Of a stretch of 64,000 nucleotides of DNA, positions 52,972 to 61,292 are shown in pieces. The notes beneath the pieces were generated by a model. That model worked only from the letters and a program-made list of their open reading frames with translations, had not been told where the DNA came from and made no database searches. This stretch comes from an uncultured Candidatus Rokubacteria bacterium (GTDB lineage: Bacteria; Methylomirabilota; Methylomirabilia; Rokubacteriales; CSP1-6). Location: assembly GCA_963789955.1 (NCBI GenBank), contig CAWBMV010000035.1:1-64000 (forward strand), in the 5' to 3' direction. The translations under genes and the position numbers were made by a program. The stretch's first letter is position 1; each line of letters starts with the position of its first letter.

Positions 52972-54419
52972 CTGGGTCGGGCGAGCACCTCCGCCGCCTG
53001 CTTCTCCACCACCGTGCCCTTGAAGAAGTCCGGGTTCAGCTGACCCCAGAAGCGCACGGCATTCTCGAACACGAAGTCGCGGAAGTCGTTCTCGTCGAGG
53101 AGCCCGTGCTCGACCAGCTCGTACGCCTCGGGAACCACCTCGGTCATGTCGGGCACGTCGAAGTGGCCGATGTCCGAGCTGAAGAACGCGTTGAGCCGCG
53201 CGTGCATCGGGTTCGCCTTGCGATTGAAGGCCCACGCGTTGATCGGGTCGTCGGCCTCGCAGCCGAAGTAGAAGCGCTTGATGTAGAGGTCGTTGAAATC
53301 CTGCTTGCTCGTGATCTGGCAACGCGAGTAGTCGTCGAGATCCTCGACGCCGCCGGTGCCGTCACCGTTGTCGTCCAGCCCCTCGCCGCGACGCACCGCC
53401 TCGATCACGGTGGGCTTCCCGTACTTCTCGGCGAGCGCGAGCAGCTGGGCCCGGTCGAGTCGCGCCGGGTTGGTGTTCTCGAGCGCGTCGCGCTTGCGCT
53501 TCTCCCAGTGCCCGATGAGATCGGCGAAGAGCGAGCACGCCCAGCCGACGCCGCCCTCGAGGAAGGCGAAGTTGATCTCGGGGAATCGGCGCGTGACGCC
53601 GCCGAAGAAGATGGCCTTCGCCATGGCCTCGCTCGCGGAGGCGAAGTGTCCGATGTGGTTGTAGCAGAAGTTCGACGGCGAGTTGCGAAGCAGGATCGAG
53701 CGCGCCCCGTTGTGGAAGCTCGGCGAGATGCGCAGCTCGCGGCACTTCGCCCAGACCGGATCGTAGTCGTGAATGCTGTCGATCGCGATCGGGTCGTACC
53801 ACTCGACGAACTTCGCGGCCTCCGGATGCTCCTCGACGAGCGCCTGGATCGGCCGGCGGATCAAGCTTCCCATCATCACGACCCGGTAGCCCAGCTGCCG
53901 TGACGCGAACTCGAGCTCTTCGCACGCCTCTTCGGGCGAGTACATCGGGATGATCGCGGCGGGAATGAGCCGATCGCCGTACGGGCGGAACTGGTCCATC
54001 GTGAACACGTTGTAGGCGCGACACAGGGCGCGCCGCAGCTTGTCCGGCGGCAGCCGGTAGTAGCCGAGCCCGGCGGTCGGATAGATCACGGAGAAATCGA
54101 GCCCGAGATCGTCCAGGCGCTCGTAGAGCAGGCGCGGCATCATCGCGGTCGCGCGATCCAGGGTGTTCTTCGTCGGCAGGAACCAGAACGCCTCCTGCCC
54201 GATCCGGCGCCGGCGCCGCTCGGCCACGGACATGTTGAGCGAGTTGGGGATACGCGCGCTCGCCATCGCCAGCGCCTCGACCGCCGCGTCGCCGCCGATG
54301 CGACGAAACTCCTCGCGCATGTGCGGCGCGAACTCGGCCCAGTGGCCATCCGCGTCGATGATCGGGTGCTTCAGGCCCGCGCGGAGCTTCTTCGCCTCGT
54401 GCTGTCCATTGCTCGACAT
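52968..54419 (-). CDS. Amidohydrolase_2 family protein
   Basis: IDADGH, YDPVW, FLEGG, SSDIGHFD. Confidence 0.85.
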   Translation of the reverse strand: MSSNGQHEAKKLRAGLKHPIIDADGHWAEFAPHMREEFRRIGGDAAVEALAMASARIPNSLNMSVAERRRRRIGQEAFWFLPTKNTLDRATAMMPRLLYERLDDLGLDFSVIYPTAGLGYYRLPPDKLRRALCRAYNVFTMDQFRPYGDRLIPAAIIPMYSPEEACEELEFASRQLGYRVVMMGSLIRRPIQALVEEHPEAAKFVEWYDPIAIDSIHDYDPVWAKCRELRISPSFHNGARSILLRNSPSNFCYNHIGHFASASEAMAKAIFFGGVTRRFPEINFAFLEGGVGWACSLFADLIGHWEKRKRDALENTNPARLDRAQLLALAEKYGKPTVIEAVRRGEGLDDNGDGTGGVEDLDDYSRCQITSKQDFNDLYIKRFYFGCEADDPINAWAFNRKANPMHARLNAFFSSDIGHFDVPDMTEVVPEAYELVEHGLLDENDFRDFVFENAVRFWGQLNPDFFKGTVVEKQAAEVLARPR

Positions 54420-54592
54420 GGCCACCCTCCGGGGCAAGCGTTATCTCGGGATGATACTCCGATGTGCCGGGTCGAGGAATGCCGTCGCGACGGGGGCGAA
54501 CCAGGCGGCTTGATCGCCGGCCTCTTTGCTGGCTAAATCGGGGCGGTCGCGGAATCTTTCCAGAATCTACCGTCGCGACAGGAGAGACCGAT

Positions 54593-55519
54593 ATGCTTCC
54601 GGCACCGGGCTTCCATCATCTCCATCTGAACTCCGTCGATCCGGACGCGGCGATCGCGTTCTACGTCGAGCAGTTCCCGACCAGCGCCAAGTCGAGCTGG
54701 GGTGGCTTCCCGGCGCTCGCGGCGCCGAACAACGTCCTGATCTTGTTCACGAGGGTCGCCACGGCGGCGCCGACCTCACCGCAAACCGCGCTCTGGCACT
54801 TCGGCTGGCATGTCACCGACACGCGCAAGAGCCTCGACACCTACACGGCTCGGAAGAGCCTCACGCTCCTGCCGCTCTACACCACGGACGAGGGCGGCTC
54901 GGTCTTCATCAGCAGCGACAGCTGGCCGGGCACGGGCGGCGTGCCCGGGCGAACGAAGGCGCAGATCGCCGAGGCCAAGGCGCAGGGCATCCAGCCGGCT
55001 CGCAGCGGAGGCTTCGGCTACATGCAGGGCCCCGACGACGCCCTGGTCGAATATGCGGGGAACCATCCGGCCGAGCGCTTCAACCACGTGCATATGTTCC
55101 AGGACGATCCGTTCTGCGCGCAGATCTGGTATCAGCAGCATCTCAACGCGCCGGTGTTCGCGGGTCGCACGAGCCCGGCCGGAATGACGGAGAGCACGTG
55201 CCAGGTCCCGCGCGGACCTGAACGCTCGTGGCCGGCGCTCGAACGCCAGGGAATGTTCCGGTCGCCGTCAGCGGCCGTGATGTTCGGAGACGTGGCGCTG
55301 CCGTGGTACATGCGGCAGGACGACAAGCCGCTCGCGAGCTCGCGCGGTCACCTCTACGATCACATCGCGCTCACGGTGGCCGACCTCGATGCCTGGGTCG
55401 CGAAGCTGCGCGGCGAAGGCGTGCGGTTCCTCGAAGAGCCTTATCGTCTCGGCGCTACGCGGGCGGCGATGATCGAGGGCCCGAGCCGCGAGGCGATCGA
55501 GCTGGTCGAGGTCAGGTAG
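54593..55519 (+). CDS. Two-domain VOC/glyoxalase family protein
   Basis: FHHLHL, WHFGW, FNHVH, DHIAL, IELVE; AGGAG RBS. Confidence 0.8.
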   Translation: MLPAPGFHHLHLNSVDPDAAIAFYVEQFPTSAKSSWGGFPALAAPNNVLILFTRVATAAPTSPQTALWHFGWHVTDTRKSLDTYTARKSLTLLPLYTTDEGGSVFISSDSWPGTGGVPGRTKAQIAEAKAQGIQPARSGGFGYMQGPDDALVEYAGNHPAERFNHVHMFQDDPFCAQIWYQQHLNAPVFAGRTSPAGMTESTCQVPRGPERSWPALERQGMFRSPSAAVMFGDVALPWYMRQDDKPLASSRGHLYDHIALTVADLDAWVAKLRGEGVRFLEEPYRLGATRAAMIEGPSREAIELVEVR

Positions 55520-56693
55520 CGGCCTGCCGCCGCGCTCGGATGTCGGAGGACGAGGAGTCGAGGCGGAAGCGGCTCTCCGGGATCGCGACGAACAGGCGGG
55601 CAAACCGCTCAGGAACGGCGACGTCGCTCAGCGCGCGCACCCGGCCGGCGCGATCCACGCGCACCGCCACGAGAAACGAGCACCCGCGGTCGGCGATCTC
55701 CTGGAGCGCCGCGGCCATCCGCTCGGCGCTATCGCCGTAGTACCGCGCCGCCACCAGACGCTCGGCCGTGTCGGCGCCGATGACGAACGCCGCGCCCGGG
55801 AACAGCCGTGCCTTCTCGAGGAACGTCGGCGCCCGGGTGAGCTCGACGCGCGCCCGCCACGCGAACTGCGCGAGCCGGTTTCGTACCTCGCCGGCCGCGA
55901 GCGGCGGCTTGTCGACGTTGAGCACCGCGATCTCGAACGCGACCGGCTGCTGCCGGATGTCCTCGGCGACGCGCGCGAGCAGGAGATGTCCGGCGTGCAA
56001 CGGATTGAACGAGCCGGGCAGCACGACACCAGGCGGTGCGGCCGCCGGCACGAGCTGTCCATCGGGCCACACCGTCACGCGAGAGACTCCGCCGGCGAGG
56101 AGCTGGTCGATCAGATCGCCGGTCTGCACGACGGCCTCCGCGTAGCGCTCGTCGGCCTCCAGCAAGGTGCGCGGCGACGGGACCGGGACTCCGCACGCGC
56201 GGGCCAGCCACAACACGATGGCACGCGCCACGAGGTCCTCTTCGCCGGGACGATCGCGCCGCCCCTTCGCCAGCACGATCGAGCAGTGGTCGGTCCCGGC
56301 TCCGGTGGTGACGGCGATGTGGAAGCGGTGCTCGCCCTGCCTGGGCCGATCGGTGACGAGCCCCGCCGTGGCGCCGAGGCCGACCAGCTGAGCGCCGGTC
56401 GGCGCGAATTTCGCCGCGCGCTCGCGCGCACGCTGCGCCATGGCCACCGCCGTCTCGACGCTGCACGCCTGCTCCGGCTCGAAGCCCAGGAACGCTGTCA
56501 GCGCCCGCGAATCGTAGGGCACCAGCGCCTCGAGCAGCAGCCGCGACCCGCCCGGCACCCGCAGTAGCTCCGAGATCGCGCCGCTCCCGCCCCCGGTGAT
56601 GGCGAGCACCGCCTGGCGGCCGGACGCATGCATCTCGGCGATCGTTTGTCGCCACGACGCGTCGGATTGGCGTTCGACTCCGCTGGAATCCAC
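55512..56693 (-). CDS. CinA/PncC-like domain fused to an HxGH nucleotidyltransferase (NadD-like)
   Basis: ELLRVPGGS...AVAMAQRA; PGSFNPLHAGH, IGADT, SSSDIR. Confidence 0.72.
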   Translation of the reverse strand: MDSSGVERQSDASWRQTIAEMHASGRQAVLAITGGGSGAISELLRVPGGSRLLLEALVPYDSRALTAFLGFEPEQACSVETAVAMAQRARERAAKFAPTGAQLVGLGATAGLVTDRPRQGEHRFHIAVTTGAGTDHCSIVLAKGRRDRPGEEDLVARAIVLWLARACGVPVPSPRTLLEADERYAEAVVQTGDLIDQLLAGGVSRVTVWPDGQLVPAAAPPGVVLPGSFNPLHAGHLLLARVAEDIRQQPVAFEIAVLNVDKPPLAAGEVRNRLAQFAWRARVELTRAPTFLEKARLFPGAAFVIGADTAERLVAARYYGDSAERMAAALQEIADRGCSFLVAVRVDRAGRVRALSDVAVPERFARLFVAIPESRFRLDSSSSDIRARRQAAT

Positions 56694-56706
56694 GGCGGAG
56701 GAGATT

Positions 56707-57543
56707 CTACATGACGGCTCCGCCGTCGACGTTCCACGCCTGGCCCGTGATGTGGTCGCTCTGCGCCGAGGCGAGGAAGAGCGCGAGTCGCGCGACGTCG
56801 TCGGGTCGCGCGACCCGCCCGGTCGGCGGCAGGCCGAGGACCGCGGCGCCGGGCTCGCGCTCGGCGAGCGCGCGCTCGCGGCGCGAGGTCGATTCGCGGC
56901 GGCTCGTGTCGACGCTGCCCGGGCAGATCGCGTTCACGGTGATCCCGTGCGGGGCGAGCTCCTGAGCCATGGCCTGCGTGAGGCCGATCACCCCGAACTT
57001 CGACGCGGTGTAGGCGCCGCGGCGGGGCGTGCCACGCTTGCCCGAGATCGACGCCATATTGACGATGCGGCCGCTGCGGCGCGACAGCATGTGCGGAATC
57101 ACCGCGCGGCTCATCAAGAACGTGCCCTTGAGATTGACGTCGATGACGAGATCCCACGCCTCTTCCGGGACCTCCCAGAGCAGACGACGGTCGGCTCCGT
57201 GGGGCGCGGCCGCGTTGTTGACGAGCACGTCGATGCGGCCGAACCGCGCAAGCGCTTCCTTCACGAAACGCTCGGCGTCGGCGGCGCGACTCACGTCGCC
57301 CTCGAGCGTGAGGATCCGGCGTCCGAGGCCTTCGATCTCCTTGGCCAGGCTTTCCAGTCCCGTCCAGCCCAGGCGGATCTCCTCGAGCCCTTCCTCGTTC
57401 TCGTTGCGCGTGCCGCCGATCGCGATATCGGTCGCGACGACATCGGCGCCGGCCCGAGCGAACGCGACCGAGAGGGCGCGGCCGATTCCGCGGACGCGCC
57501 CGCATCCGGTGACCAGCACGCACGTTCCTTCGAATTCGCTCAC
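56707..57543 (-). CDS. Short-chain dehydrogenase/reductase
   Basis: TGCGRVRGIG, LVNNAA, YTASK, NVDGG. Confidence 0.92.
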   Translation of the reverse strand: MSEFEGTCVLVTGCGRVRGIGRALSVAFARAGADVVATDIAIGGTRNENEEGLEEIRLGWTGLESLAKEIEGLGRRILTLEGDVSRAADAERFVKEALARFGRIDVLVNNAAAPHGADRRLLWEVPEEAWDLVIDVNLKGTFLMSRAVIPHMLSRRSGRIVNMASISGKRGTPRRGAYTASKFGVIGLTQAMAQELAPHGITVNAICPGSVDTSRRESTSRRERALAEREPGAAVLGLPPTGRVARPDDVARLALFLASAQSDHITGQAWNVDGGAVM

Positions 57544-57728
57544 GGCCCGTACCTCCCTATCCTCTGGACCCCGAACGCCGAGATGGCTCGGGGCCGGGCC
57601 CGACCATACGGCAGGACCCGGCCCTCGTCCAGCCGGCCCCCAGGTCTCGCCGTTTTCTTTGGCCCTGCCCACCACACGTGGTAGTCATGGGGTTGGACAC
57701 GGCTCAATTTGCCGCAAAGGGGGATTGG

Positions 57729-57902
57729 ATGACGAAGCGCACGGCCAGTAAGAAACCCGCATTCGGAGGCTACGCGATCAGCTTTCGGGGTCGCACGGAC
57801 AGCCTGGAGTCGCTGTTCGGCGCCACGCCGATCGGACCCGCCGAGATGACCAAGAAGCTCTGGAGCTACGTGAAGCGGAAGGGTCTGGCCAGCAAGAGCT
57901 GA
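57729..57902 (+). CDS. Small basic SWIB/MDM2-like protein
   Basis: LFGATPIGPAEMTKKLWSYVKRKGL matches the SWIB core pattern. Confidence 0.6.
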   Translation: MTKRTASKKPAFGGYAISFRGRTDSLESLFGATPIGPAEMTKKLWSYVKRKGLASKS

Positions 57903-57913
57903 GCTGACGCCGA

Positions 57914-57940
57914 GCCGGGCGGCCCCCCACGCCGCCCGGC
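57914..57940. terminator. GC-rich hairpin between the SWIB-like and Crp genes
   Basis: GCCGGGCGGC-loop-GCCGCCCGGC; no T-tract. Confidence 0.45.
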
Positions 57941-57953
57941 CCAACCTCGCGGC

Positions 57954-58643
57954 GTGACGATCGCATCACGTCGCCGCCTCCCTGATCGCTCGACTCGAAG
58001 CGCGCCGGCGAGCAGCCCCGCGCTCAGGACGTACCTTGCGAAGGCCCGAGGGGGCACCAGCAAGGATTACCGGAAGAAAACAACCGTCTTCTCGCAGGGT
58101 AGTCCCGCGGATTCAGTTTTCTACATTGAGAAGGGCAAGGTGAAGCTGACCGTAATCTCCACGCGCGGGAAGGAAGCGGTCGTCGCGATCTTGAGCAGCG
58201 GCGATTTCTTTGGTGAAGGTTGCCTGGCGGGACAGCCGCTTCGCATGGCCACGGCGATCGCGATCACTGAGTGTTCACTCCTTCGACTTCAAAAAGAAAC
58301 TATGGTCCGAATGCTCCACAATGAGCCCGCATTGTCCGAGCTCTTCATGTCGTACCTGCTGTCTCGGAATGTGCGGATCGAAGAGGACCTGGTCGATCAG
58401 CTTTTCAATTCCAGCGAGAAACGGCTCGCGCGCATTCTGTTGCTGCTGACCCGCTTCGGCAAAGACGGGCAACATGAGCCCGTCGTGCCCAAGATCAGTC
58501 AGGAAACCCTGGCCGAAATGGTCGGGACGACGCGATCCAGGGTGAGTTTCTTCATGAACAAGTTTCGGAAGCTCGGCTTCATCGAATATAACGGCGGCTT
58601 GAACGTCCATAGCTCCCTCCTCAATATCGTCCTCCACGACTAG
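57954..58643 (+). CDS. Crp/Fnr family transcriptional regulator
   Basis: GDFFGE, RMATA, EKRLAR, HTH SQETLAEMVGTTRSRVS. Confidence 0.92.
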   Translation: MTIASRRRLPDRSTRSAPASSPALRTYLAKARGGTSKDYRKKTTVFSQGSPADSVFYIEKGKVKLTVISTRGKEAVVAILSSGDFFGEGCLAGQPLRMATAIAITECSLLRLQKETMVRMLHNEPALSELFMSYLLSRNVRIEEDLVDQLFNSSEKRLARILLLLTRFGKDGQHEPVVPKISQETLAEMVGTTRSRVSFFMNKFRKLGFIEYNGGLNVHSSLLNIVLHD

Positions 58644-58732
58644 AGGGCATTCGTACCGTTAGTCTGTCGTCGCTGTCGACCAAAAACCCGATCCTCCCGC
58701 CTCGTTCTGTGCTTCGCCACGGTGGCCCCCGC

Positions 58733-58794
58733 TTGACACCGTAAGTAACCAGCTAGATACTCACGGCCACGGTTTGGTATCCAGATGGTTACTT
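58733..58794 (+). promoter_or_regulatory. sigma70 promoter with two TetR-type operator copies
   Basis: TTGACA-N17-GATACT; 58743-58760 and 58777-58794 are inverted 16/18-identical imperfect palindromes. Confidence 0.75.
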
Positions 58795-59417
58795 CGAGCC
58801 GCGACCCGGTCCGTACTCGCGAGCGCATCCTTCGCGCCGCCCGGCGCGAATTCGTCGCCAAGGGGTTCGCCGGCGCGCGCGTCGACGTGATCGCGCGCGC
58901 CGCGGCCGTGAACAAGCGGATGCTGTACCACTATTTCGACAACAAGGAAGGCCTCTATCGCGCCACGCTCTACGAGGGCATGGCGACGAACCTCGATCTG
59001 GTCGCCTCCGCGCCGGCCGATCCCGACGACCTCTTGCCGTTCCTGTTCGCGCGCGCCGCGAAGCGCGTGGACGGGATCCGCCTCCTTCAGTGGGAAGCAC
59101 TGGGCGCCGGCGCCCGCAAGCCCATTGCCGAGGACGAGCGGCGCAAGGCGTGGGTCGAGGGCACCGAGCGCATCCGTGACGCGCAGCGCGCCGGCCGGCT
59201 GCACCCGGACCTCGACGCCGAGTACCTCGTTCTGGCGCTCATGGCGCTGACGATCTTTCCCCAGGCCTTCCCCCAGCTCGTGCGCATGGTCACCGGCTCA
59301 CGACTGTCCGACGCCGAGTTCCAGCAACGCCAGGCGCGCTTCCTTCGCCGCCTGGGCAGCTATCTGCGGCCGTCCGTGGGGCGCGCGGCGCTCGCGGACA
59401 AGGAGAAGCAGCGATGA
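58785..59417 (+). CDS. TetR/AcrR family transcriptional regulator
   Basis: RERILRAARREF..KGF.GARVDVIA.....NKRMLYHYFDNKE. Confidence 0.93.
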   Translation: MVTSSRDPVRTRERILRAARREFVAKGFAGARVDVIARAAAVNKRMLYHYFDNKEGLYRATLYEGMATNLDLVASAPADPDDLLPFLFARAAKRVDGIRLLQWEALGAGARKPIAEDERRKAWVEGTERIRDAQRAGRLHPDLDAEYLVLALMALTIFPQAFPQLVRMVTGSRLSDAEFQQRQARFLRRLGSYLRPSVGRAALADKEKQR

Positions 59418-60592
59418 GCTCCGTACCGACCACACTCTTCGGACGCTCGACCGATACGTACACGCGCGTCGATTCCGTCGGTCTCTACCGGGTCGCGCTC
59501 TGGGTGCTGCTGGGCGCCAATCTCCTCGCCGGCTGGGGCGTGCAGTGGGACATCCAGTGGCACGTGCGCATCGGCCGCGACACGTTCTGGATTCCGCCGC
59601 ACGTCATCACCTATTCGGGCGTGACGATCCTCGTGCTGGCCAGCTTCGGCGTGCTGGCGCGTGACACGCTTCGCCATCTGCTCGCGGGCCGCGCCCCCGA
59701 GGGCACGGAACGCGTGCTCGGCCTCACCGGCACGCCGGGGTTTCTCCTGGCGGCGTGCGGCATCGCGCTGACGGTTCTGGCGGCGCCGATCGACGACCTC
59801 TGGCACCGCTTGTTCGGCATCGACGTCACGTTGTGGAGCCCGCCGCACCTTCTCGGTCTGGTCGGCGTCACGATCAACACCTTGGGATGCGCGCTCATCG
59901 CCCGCGAAGCGTACCCGGCGAAGAGCTGGGTGCGGTTCGCCGGCGTGGTCATCGCGCTCACCAGCTTCTACGGCAGCCTCTCGATCGGGCTGCGGCCCGC
60001 CAGCCGGCTCGCGTATCTATACGGCGGGCTCTGGTTTTACGCCTTTCCGATCCTCGGCGCGCTCTTCCTGCCGCTGGCGATGATCACGGCCGTGCGCCTC
60101 AGCGGGCGGCGCTGGACGCCGATCGCACTGGTGATCGTCGGACTCGCCGTCGGCACGATCGGCGTGAACATCGCGCGGATCGGCTTCGACATCATGCGGC
60201 CGGTCTCGGTGATCGAGGATGAGATCGCCAAGGACCCGACGTCGCCGATCGCGGTGTCCCACGCGATCGCGCGGAAGAACGGCAGTACGCCCGGCGGGGT
60301 CCCCGGCGGAAGCTTCGCGCGGTTTCTCTCGCTGGTGCCCGTGCTGCTGCTGGTCGCCGTCGACCCCCGGCGACGGCCGATGTCGGCGACCTTGGTCTAC
60401 GCCCTGGGGCTGTTCGCCCTCTGGGCCTTCACGATCGGCCGGACACCGGCCTTTCAGCCGATGATGCCCGGACCGGCGCCGACCGTGGTCGCGCTGGTGA
60501 TCACGACCGCGATGGCCGTGGTCGGAGGACTGGCCGCCCGCTGGCTCGCCGAGACCCTGGCGACTGCGGACCGGGTTCCGGTGGAGGGTTAG
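59414..60592 (+). CDS. Polytopic membrane protein with two DxxWH...PPH motifs
   Basis: Many hydrophobic segments; WDIQWHVRIGRDTFWIPPH and IDDLWHRLFGIDVTLWSPPH; ATGA coupling to tetR. Confidence 0.8.
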   Translation: MSSVPTTLFGRSTDTYTRVDSVGLYRVALWVLLGANLLAGWGVQWDIQWHVRIGRDTFWIPPHVITYSGVTILVLASFGVLARDTLRHLLAGRAPEGTERVLGLTGTPGFLLAACGIALTVLAAPIDDLWHRLFGIDVTLWSPPHLLGLVGVTINTLGCALIAREAYPAKSWVRFAGVVIALTSFYGSLSIGLRPASRLAYLYGGLWFYAFPILGALFLPLAMITAVRLSGRRWTPIALVIVGLAVGTIGVNIARIGFDIMRPVSVIEDEIAKDPTSPIAVSHAIARKNGSTPGGVPGGSFARFLSLVPVLLLVAVDPRRRPMSATLVYALGLFALWAFTIGRTPAFQPMMPGPAPTVVALVITTAMAVVGGLAARWLAETLATADRVPVEG

Positions 60593-61071
60593 GCGCGCGC
60601 GTCGGGAGGGTGGTTTCGGCGAATCTTCGGGCCGCGCAGACGCACGATGGTCCAGCCGATCGCGCGGAGGAGCCCTTCGGTCCTCTCGGGCGAGCGTCGA
60701 TTCCTCGGGCGTCGTGCGCCGGGCCGGCGCACCGGATCCAGGGGGCTATCGCCGCGCCGATCCAGGACGATCTGGACCGTCGCGTTGCCCTCGAAAGCCC
60801 GTCTGAAGAAGTTGTAGAGGTGTTCCCGATCCGGTGAGACGACGATGAGCTGTCGGGATCCTCCCGGCCGCTCGTCGAGGGTCCTCACCCGCCGAACCAG
60901 CTCATAGAGCGCGCTCTTACCCCCGTTGTAGCCGAGGGTCTGGGCCCGGCGCATGATTTCGACCGCCGAGATCGTAGGCTCCTCCCGCAGCCACTGCGCC
61001 ACCTGGGCCGCGTACTGGGCCACGATGGAAGGGCGCCGTGCATTGCTCGGCTGGGAGCCGCCATCACCCAT
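60589..61071 (-). CDS. Hypothetical protein: IS21 IstA-like HTH plus Arg-rich DRR domain
   Basis: RPS...WLREEP..SAVEI.RRA...GY.GGKSALYELVRR; C-terminal domain shared with the gene at 34024. Confidence 0.7.
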   Translation of the reverse strand: MGDGGSQPSNARRPSIVAQYAAQVAQWLREEPTISAVEIMRRAQTLGYNGGKSALYELVRRVRTLDERPGGSRQLIVVSPDREHLYNFFRRAFEGNATVQIVLDRRGDSPLDPVRRPGARRPRNRRSPERTEGLLRAIGWTIVRLRGPKIRRNHPPDARA

Positions 61072-61085
61072 AGAAGACCTCTTGG

Positions 61086-61100
61086 GCAAATTTGATACCG
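61086..61100 (-). promoter_or_regulatory. sigma54-type motif
   Basis: Minus strand CGGTATCAAATTTGC (GG-N10-GC with TTGC). Confidence 0.5.
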
Positions 61101-61292
61101 AAACAACATTACAAGCGGATCAAGAGTTTCGGTGACACGACCGCTAGCTCCGACTGGCTCGCCTTTGACCGGATAGCTCAGTTTGGAACCAGCACCTGCC
61201 TTGACAGCGTCACCGGCGGGGGCGCAGTATCGCGCCAACCAACGGGCACTCGCCACCTTCAGAAGGCCAACAAATTTCGCGGACTCAGGAGC

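Noticed and set aside
57690..57712. Possible sigma54 promoter before the SWIB-like gene (TGGACACGGCTCAATTTGC)
   Set aside because: GG-to-GC spacing is not the required 10 nt
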